IMG/VR virus record: IMGVR_UViG_3300042520_000495
Span: 1 to 33,870 of that record
Direction: 5' to 3' (one strand)
Length of the DNA: 33,870 nt
Origin: a virus
Taxonomy: Duplodnaviria > Caudoviricetes
Shown: positions 16,946 through 24,100 of the stretch, piece after piece
Layout of the letters: every line of letters starts with the position of its first letter
Numbering within the stretch: the stretch's first letter is position 1
Notes under the pieces: model-generated
Databases searched by the model: none
Told to the model about the DNA's origin: nothing
Seen by the model: the letters and a program-made list of their open reading frames with translations, nothing else
Translations under genes and position numbers: made by a program

Positions 16946-17803
16946 ATGAGTAACGATATCATTGCAAGTTTGAAGAGCGAACTCGCCAACATCCAGACCG
17001 GGGTTGACGACGATACACGAGCCGTAGCCGGTGGCGGTGCAAGTTCCAAGCGTATCTCCATCAAGGGCGGCGTGTTCCGTAAGATGGCTGGCGGCAAGGA
17101 GATTGGCTCCATCGAAGATCGCCACATGAATGTGATCTTTGTAAAGATGGCGCACAACGCAAGCCGTACCTACTACACGGGCGCATACAAGGAAGGCGAG
17201 AAGATCGCTCCGGTTTGTTGGTCATCTGACTCCAAGACTCCAGACCCGGAGGTGAAGAGTCCGCAAGCCTCTTCATGCGATTCATGTCAGTGGTCGGTGA
17301 AGGGTTCGGGCCAAGGCGGAAGCGGTGCTGCTTGCCGTTTGTCATGGCGCACTGCGGTGGTTCTGCCGCAAGATCCCGGTGGCGATGTCATGCAGTTGGT
17401 GCTTCCCGCAACGTCCTGCTTTGGTAAGGAAGAGGGCGGCAAGTATCCGTTCCGCCCCTATATCCAGATGCTTGCTAACAACAACATTTCGGCAGGGCGT
17501 GTAGTGACTAAGATGCAGTTCGACACTAAGTCGCCTGTTCCGAAGTTGCTGTTCTCGCCAATTGCTGTGGTGCCGGAGGCCGATGTCGAGGCCGTTCAGC
17601 GTCAGAGGGAAACTAAGGCGGCTGAAAGTGCTATTAAACTGACGGTATATCAGCAGGACGAAGGCGAGTCACCAGAGGCGCCAATTGTGACTGGGCCTGC
17701 AGCCATGAGCGAGCCGATCATTCGTGATGCTAAGAAGGCAGACGACGCTGCGCCTGCTGCGGATGTATCGGATGTAATCAAGAAGTGGTCGAAAAAGGGT
17801 TGA
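16946..17803 (+). CDS. putative ssDNA-binding/annealing protein
   Basis: 'KRISIKGGVFR', 'PVCWSSD', CxxC...C cluster and an acidic/Ala-rich tail ending near a Trp. Function inferred from position and composition. Confidence 0.6.
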   Translation: MSNDIIASLKSELANIQTGVDDDTRAVAGGGASSKRISIKGGVFRKMAGGKEIGSIEDRHMNVIFVKMAHNASRTYYTGAYKEGEKIAPVCWSSDSKTPDPEVKSPQASSCDSCQWSVKGSGQGGSGAACRLSWRTAVVLPQDPGGDVMQLVLPATSCFGKEEGGKYPFRPYIQMLANNNISAGRVVTKMQFDTKSPVPKLLFSPIAVVPEADVEAVQRQRETKAAESAIKLTVYQQDEGESPEAPIVTGPAAMSEPIIRDAKKADDAAPAADVSDVIKKWSKKG

Positions 17804-17807
17804 TTCA

Positions 17808-18119
17808 ATGCCTCGCACATTTGGCGATAGACTGCTGTTGACGTTACAGAATGGCGATCCTTCTCTGTTGGGGATACGGCTTGGGCGTCTTTGTGTGGAG
17901 GCGAATCTGCCGATTGCTTACGTTGCTTCCGCACTTGAGGTGTCGAGGAACACCGTACATCTATGGTTTCGTGGTCGTATGATCCAAGAGCATCGATTCA
18001 AGATTGTCTCGGCTTTCATGTACTTGGTAGAGGAAGACATGAAAAACGGTACTCTTCCGGCCGCTAACCTAAAGCAAGCCAAAAACTACATAGAGGGAAT
18101 GATCGGCAAGCAAGTCTAA
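17808..18119 (+). CDS. XRE/Cro-like HTH protein
   Basis: 'IAYVASALEVSRNTVHLWFRG' helix-turn-helix. Confidence 0.8.
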   Translation: MPRTFGDRLLLTLQNGDPSLLGIRLGRLCVEANLPIAYVASALEVSRNTVHLWFRGRMIQEHRFKIVSAFMYLVEEDMKNGTLPAANLKQAKNYIEGMIGKQV

Positions 18120-18137
18120 ACGTTTCATCGTGAGGTT

Positions 18138-18166
18138 GGCGGGGTGGCTGTCGCCCCGCCTTTTTT
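18138..18166 (+). terminator. Rho-independent terminator
   Basis: GGCGGGGTGG-CTG-TCGCCCCGCC stem (two G-U pairs) followed by TTTTTT. Confidence 0.85.
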
Positions 18167-18186
18167 ATCTAAGTGGGTTGGTGTCC

Positions 18187-21012
18187 ATGCGAAAACAATT
18201 TTATGAGAACGTACTACCTTCGCAGGGCTTCTACTGTGTAACCGAAATTTCTAAGGACAAGAAGGTAGCCAATCGGTTTGCCAGTAGCCTTGATGAGGTT
18301 GAAAATTTAGTAGAGGAAATTAGTGCGGCGGGTAAGAACGTATTTATCGCGCTGAGCAGTTTCAGCGGCCATAGCCGCATGAGCGATTACTCGTCTTATT
18401 GTCGCTCGTTTTTTGTTGATTTAGATGTCAAGCCAGACAAAGAAGGTTGCTACAAGAGCAAGGTCGGGGCTATTGAAGATTTAGATCACTTCCTTACGGT
18501 TACAGAACTCCCGCCTCCTGTCGTCGTTGATTCAGGCAACGGCATCCATGCGTACTGGCCGTTTGAACAGGACGTACCGATAGCGGAGTGGAAGCCTTAC
18601 GCCGAGAAGTTCAAGCAGTTGTGCTTGGATCACATGAAGATTGACCCGGTAGTAACGGCGGACGTTACTAGAATCATGCGTTGCCCAGAGACGCTGAACT
18701 TCAAGACTGACCCACCTAACCCTACTAAGTTACTGACAGACGAGTACCACCAGTACGATTTCAATGTCTTTAAAGATTATTTAGGTGATGTTCATCTTAA
18801 CGGTAACTCGGCCGGATCAATTCTTGATCTTATCCCTAAAGGTCTGGATGAAGATACTAAACAGATAGCCAAGTTAGAGAACTACGAGGCGGCGTTTCAG
18901 GACATTGCTGAGAAAAGTCTTAACGGTAGCGGCTGCAATCAGATTAAGAACGCATTGGTAAACGCCAGTACGCTTTCAGAACCCGTTTGGCACTCTGCTT
19001 TATCCATCGCCCGGCACTGCACTGACTGGGAAACCGCGATTCACTTGATGTCCGAGGACTACCCCGGATACAGCCCCGACGCTACGTTAAGGAAAGCAAA
19101 TGAAACTTTTGGCAAACCGCATAGTTGCAGCATTTTTGAACAACGAAACCCCGGCGGATGCAACGGATGCCCTCACAAAGGACACATCACCAACCCCCTT
19201 GCTATCGGGAGAAAGTTCGTCGCCGCTCCGGCAACCGAAGAGATTAGTCAAGAGGACTCAGTTCGGATCGCGGAGAATCCCCAAGAAATTCCGGCATTTC
19301 CTAAAGCAGTCTTACCCTATGTACGAGGACGAACCGGAGGAATTTACTACCTACCTCCAGCCGAAACCGACGAAGACGGAGTAAAGATCCAGCCTGAGCC
19401 GGTGCTGATTTCTACTAATGAGTTTTTCCCCGTGCAGCGCATGTACGGCGAAGAGGAAGGCGAACTGTTCCTACTTAGGGTCGTACTGCCTCACGAAGTC
19501 CGTGAGAAGTATATCTCCATGGGAGAGGCGCAGTCCGTTGATAGTATGAAGGTTATTTTAGGTAAGGCTGGAGTAGCGCCTCCTAACCAGAAACTTTGGC
19601 CGAAAATCGTGGAGTACACTATGAAATGGGCGCACTATTTGCAGAGTCGTGACAGAGCCGAGAACGTCTGTCGCCAAATGGGCTGGTCTCAGAATTTAAA
19701 GTCTTTCATCATTGGCGAAACCGAGTTTTACGGTAACGGCCAGCAGCGCAGGGCGGCATCCAGTCCGTTGATACGCGATGTGGCTAGGCTTATGAAGCCG
19801 AAAGGCGACTCCCAAGTGTGGAAGGACTGCATCAATAAACTCAACCAGCCCGAGTTGGAGATGCAGGCGTTTGGCGTGTTCATCTCTTTTGGCTCCCCGC
19901 TCATGCGGTTTACGTCTACGAACGGCATGTCGTTCTGCTTTACTGGCCTATCTGGCGCAGCCAAGTCTGGATCGCTCCTTGCCGCGCTTTCCGTATGGGG
20001 CGCACCGAAGCCGCTCAGCGTTTACGAGTCTACTGACAACGCCTTTAACAGCCGCGCTATGTCTCTCAAGAACATCATGATGGGCATGGATGAGGTGCAT
20101 GACAAACCGCCAGAGCAGATATCGAAACTTGTTCACTTGATTTCGCAAGGTAAGGGCAAGATGCGTATGCAGAGTTCGGTTAACGCCGAGCGCGAGCAAC
20201 AAGAGATTGCGTCAATGCTCTGCCTGATGTCGTCAAACATCTCGCTTTACGATCTGATTCTGTCGAAGAAGGCTAACGCCAGCGGCGAGATCATGCGCCT
20301 TTTGGAATACGTACTTGTACAGCCCTCGTATCTGACTATCGAAGTCGGGCGTAGCATATTTAATCCTCTGCATGACAACTACGGGCACGCTGGCGCCATG
20401 TACATAGACCGGCTTTTAACGCTGGGCGAAGAGGAAATCAAGGCTCGGATCGTTAAGTGGAGCAAGCGGCTTGTTACAAGCAAGTTAGGCAGTAATGCAG
20501 CCTTCCGATTCTACGAAACCGCGTTTAGCGCGACGTTTGCCGGGGCCGAGATCGCCATTGAAGCCGGGATAATCGATCTTGATATAGAGCGTATTTACGA
20601 CAAGGTGATACTGGAGACAATCAAAATTCGTGACAACACCCAAAAGCACCAGATTACGGATTACGAGGGGCTGATTACCGAGTTCTTGAACGATCAATGG
20701 CGTCGTGGCACGTTGATCTTCGACGAGGGTCGAGTTGTGAATGAGCCGTTTGGTGAACTTGTTGCCCGTGTTGAGATCGGAAGCGGTACCCAGTACGTGT
20801 CAAAGAGCAAGTTTAAGAAGTTCTTATCTGAAAAGAGCGTAGGCTCCGCTGAGTTTGAGAAAGCACTGGAGAAGTCGGATATCAAACTGGAGTCCAAAAA
20901 GATGCGGCTTTCTACTGGGTGGAAGGCAGGCATGAACGCACCGCCTATTCATGTGTATTCGTTCCAGTACGACATCCCTAAAGAGATGTTAAATGACAAT
21001 CAAAGTACTTGA
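18187..21012 (+). CDS. primase (AEP/RepB-like)-DUF927 helicase fusion
   Basis: 'FFVDLD', 'VDSGNGIHAYW', 'RIMRCP.T.N', a Cys cluster (CSIF...CNGCPH), P-loop GLSGAAKS and Walker B MGMDE. ATG 18187 preferred because the track start at 18130 runs through the terminator. Confidence 0.88.
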   Translation: MRKQFYENVLPSQGFYCVTEISKDKKVANRFASSLDEVENLVEEISAAGKNVFIALSSFSGHSRMSDYSSYCRSFFVDLDVKPDKEGCYKSKVGAIEDLDHFLTVTELPPPVVVDSGNGIHAYWPFEQDVPIAEWKPYAEKFKQLCLDHMKIDPVVTADVTRIMRCPETLNFKTDPPNPTKLLTDEYHQYDFNVFKDYLGDVHLNGNSAGSILDLIPKGLDEDTKQIAKLENYEAAFQDIAEKSLNGSGCNQIKNALVNASTLSEPVWHSALSIARHCTDWETAIHLMSEDYPGYSPDATLRKANETFGKPHSCSIFEQRNPGGCNGCPHKGHITNPLAIGRKFVAAPATEEISQEDSVRIAENPQEIPAFPKAVLPYVRGRTGGIYYLPPAETDEDGVKIQPEPVLISTNEFFPVQRMYGEEEGELFLLRVVLPHEVREKYISMGEAQSVDSMKVILGKAGVAPPNQKLWPKIVEYTMKWAHYLQSRDRAENVCRQMGWSQNLKSFIIGETEFYGNGQQRRAASSPLIRDVARLMKPKGDSQVWKDCINKLNQPELEMQAFGVFISFGSPLMRFTSTNGMSFCFTGLSGAAKSGSLLAALSVWGAPKPLSVYESTDNAFNSRAMSLKNIMMGMDEVHDKPPEQISKLVHLISQGKGKMRMQSSVNAEREQQEIASMLCLMSSNISLYDLILSKKANASGEIMRLLEYVLVQPSYLTIEVGRSIFNPLHDNYGHAGAMYIDRLLTLGEEEIKARIVKWSKRLVTSKLGSNAAFRFYETAFSATFAGAEIAIEAGIIDLDIERIYDKVILETIKIRDNTQKHQITDYEGLITEFLNDQWRRGTLIFDEGRVVNEPFGELVARVEIGSGTQYVSKSKFKKFLSEKSVGSAEFEKALEKSDIKLESKKMRLSTGWKAGMNAPPIHVYSFQYDIPKEMLNDNQST

Positions 21013-21196
21013 ACCAGAGTGGATCTTTCCGTTTGAGGGTATGGCAGTGGGGGATAGTTTTTTCATTCCTACCCTCAAGATCCCAGAAATGTTATACGTT
21101 ATAGATTGCCGCGCCAAGGCTGCTCAGGTACGAGTAAAGGCTTATGCCTCGTCCAAGGAAGGACACCTCGGCGTGCGCGTTTGGAGAACCGGGTAA
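20993..21196 (+). CDS. small conserved phage protein, probably DNA-binding
   Basis: 'FPFEGMAVGDSFFIP...GVRVWR' pattern. Confidence 0.75.
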   Translation: MTIKVLEPEWIFPFEGMAVGDSFFIPTLKIPEMLYVIDCRAKAAQVRVKAYASSKEGHLGVRVWRTG

Positions 21197-24100
21197 CTAC
21201 TGTTTTACCCGACTCACTGCGCCTTCTCGATAGCGTTTTGGAATTGAGACACCATCAAGGGCTTCTTCCTCTGCGCGGCCACGCTGTTTAAAAGACTGCT
21301 CAAGTTCATCCCAATCAATCGTAGCGTTGAATTCGGCGGCGGTTTGGGTTTTGTTCCACTTGCTGATATCTTGCAGGGCTTTTATATAGCCTTCTTGATC
21401 GCCTTGCGACCACGCAGCGTAAGCATTCTTAAATAGCGCCTGTCGGCGTTCAATAACTTCATTGACGATTTCTTTTCTGGCCCCTGCACGAGCAGAGGCT
21501 TTCTGTACTTGAGTCGGCGTAAACCCAAATGCTTGCATGAACAACTCATAGGCGTCCAGATCTTCGGTAATCGGCTTACCGTCTTTAGTCGTCACGCCAT
21601 CTTGGATGTAACGCCATGTTTTCAGAAAGTTACGCGCAGCAACGGGCATTGCTTTCTCAAGCGCCCGATCATAGTACCCTTCCTGAAAATCTCGTATCGC
21701 ATCAATACGAGTACGGATTGACGCCCACGGTGCGCCCAAAAACTGCTCAAGGGCAAAATATTCTATGCCGATTTCGTCCATTCGCCTTGGGTCATCGCGC
21801 CAGAACATGCCGTTGAACCCGGTACGCGAGGCTATATCTAATCCAAGAAGTTCACTGACTGGGCCTCGCATAGCCAAAGCCCCAAGTGCTTGTTTACGGT
21901 CTTCTTCGGGATCAGTAATTTCATCATCGGCATCACCAAACATGGCAGCGGATATAGCACTCGCTCCCGCAGCCAAAGTCGTAGCCAGCCCGTAAAAAGG
22001 CAAGCCCTGAATTCCCGCGAATACAAACGCCCCGCCAATGGTACCAAGCCATTGTTTAATGGCGACCTTCCTAAACTCCCGATCCACTGCCTCCGCTTCA
22101 GCCTTCTCTTGCGGGTTCATCCCAGTGGTATCAGTCCTAGACCCTTCAAGCGCATCTCGCAGCAGGCTCAACTGAAGTGCATACATGGCGCGAGCGTAAC
22201 GCTTAAAGGTCAGTGCAATTTTCAATACAGGATGCTGGAACACACGCGGGCTAAGTTCAGTTAGCGTTTCACTGTTAGCCTTTTCTGCAAGACGGATTGC
22301 CTTATCAATCGCGTCCTGTTCAACCGCACGGCCAGTCCGTCCTTCAAGTCGGTTCTTCTCCATCTCCAACCGGAACGCGGCGATCATAGTCACTTCACGG
22401 TTGAACCGTTCAGTGTTCTGGAATGTCCATCCAAGCAATTGCTTAGAGTAGTTAAGCATCCCCATGTAGTCTTTCTGATCAATATCCCGATCCCGCGCTT
22501 CGGTAATATCGTAAGCAGTCGAATGCTTGATCGCGCCCTGCTGAATGGCAGACTTGTACAGACGGCCTAACGGAGAGTTAGGCGGAATCTTGGCAGGATC
22601 AAACGCGGTTCTATCAGACTGCGGGAACTTCTTAGGCCGAGTCGGTTGCGCGTCGTTATCCCAGCCGCCTTGCATAAACATCGCCATCGCATCTTGGATA
22701 GCCGAAGATGTTTTAGCGTAGCCGTATTCTCCCCCCAACAACGGATATACAGTCGTACCAATGTTCGTGATGTTGGTCACAGCGGAGGAGATATTGCCCA
22801 TGATGAAGTCGAAATAACTCCAAAAGACAATATTGTTTACCCACTTGTTGTAAGTAGGTTCTCTGAGAAAACTAAGCCGCTTACCGATTTCGGCTTCAAC
22901 TTGTTGAGCGGTCATGCTGCCATCTTTAGCAACATCTTCCTTGAGCAATTTAGTGGCTTGGTCAAGTTGCGGAGTGAATTCAAGATTGGTCAATTGCCCC
23001 GCCATGCGAGAAGCCACAATCGCATATACTTTCAGCATGTCAGTTTCAGCGCCTTTATAACCTTCGCGCTTACGAAACTGCTGGCGCACAGACGACGCCG
23101 GAATAGAGTCCAAGAATGTTTTATACAGAGTGTTCTTTAACTCAACAGGAACAGGAATTCCGTACTTGTCTTTGTAGTACTTTTCAAGTTCAGAGTTAAT
23201 TTCGCTAAAGAACCCGTAAGTGCCAGCACCCGGCCCCTTCTCGCCCATCGCGTCTTCTATTTTTTCGTAGGTCTGAATCGAAGCCGCAGGGATTCCTGCC
23301 TTGATAAGTTCTTGTTTAGCAATTACACGGGCGCGATTACTTGTGTACGAATCAACAACAGTGTTGTTATTTCGATCTTGATAACGCAGCCAGTACTCGC
23401 CCTCACGATACAACGGCAGATAAATCTTTAGCCTACGAGCCTCAATCTCACGGCGCAAAATATTGGCAGCGGTGGGCGGCAGGTTCTGAGTTATGAGTTC
23501 TAAGTAGCGGTCTGCCATCTTGCGGTAAGCGTCTACCATTTCAAAGTAAACGTCCTGCAACGGCTGAGGCAACCGCTCAAATTCTTTCGTCAGCGGATCA
23601 AGCGACTTGTAGTCAGGGTTACGTACAACAACACCGTTTTTAATGATAGTCGGGCGAAAGTCGATCTGTTCTTCTGTTGACTCCAACGCGATTCGGTAAA
23701 ACCGTTGGATAACTGCACCCTTGTACTGTTTGTCAGACAGTACTTCATTCCATTTTTCAATGTTAGCGCCTATCTGATTGCGAATTTCGCGCAATTTTAC
23801 CGCACGATCTATAACGCCACGCATTAAACCTTTAAGAGCAGGAAGTTTCTTACCGAAGATCTCTACCAACTCAGGCAGGGAACGAAGCGCAAGAAACGCC
23901 GGGCGAGTCTTATTACTCATGCCCTCTACGACGGCGGCGGTCTGTTCCGCTCGCTCAGGAGTCAACGCCCCAAGATCTTTCAGTTTCTCTAGCGGTGTGG
24001 TTAACAGATCGCGCTCAAGTTTCTTAGCCTGAGCGACCGTGCGTAGACCCACTACCTCGCGCCTGCCCTTGGTAACTTTCTCCTGCGCCAGACGCAGGAC

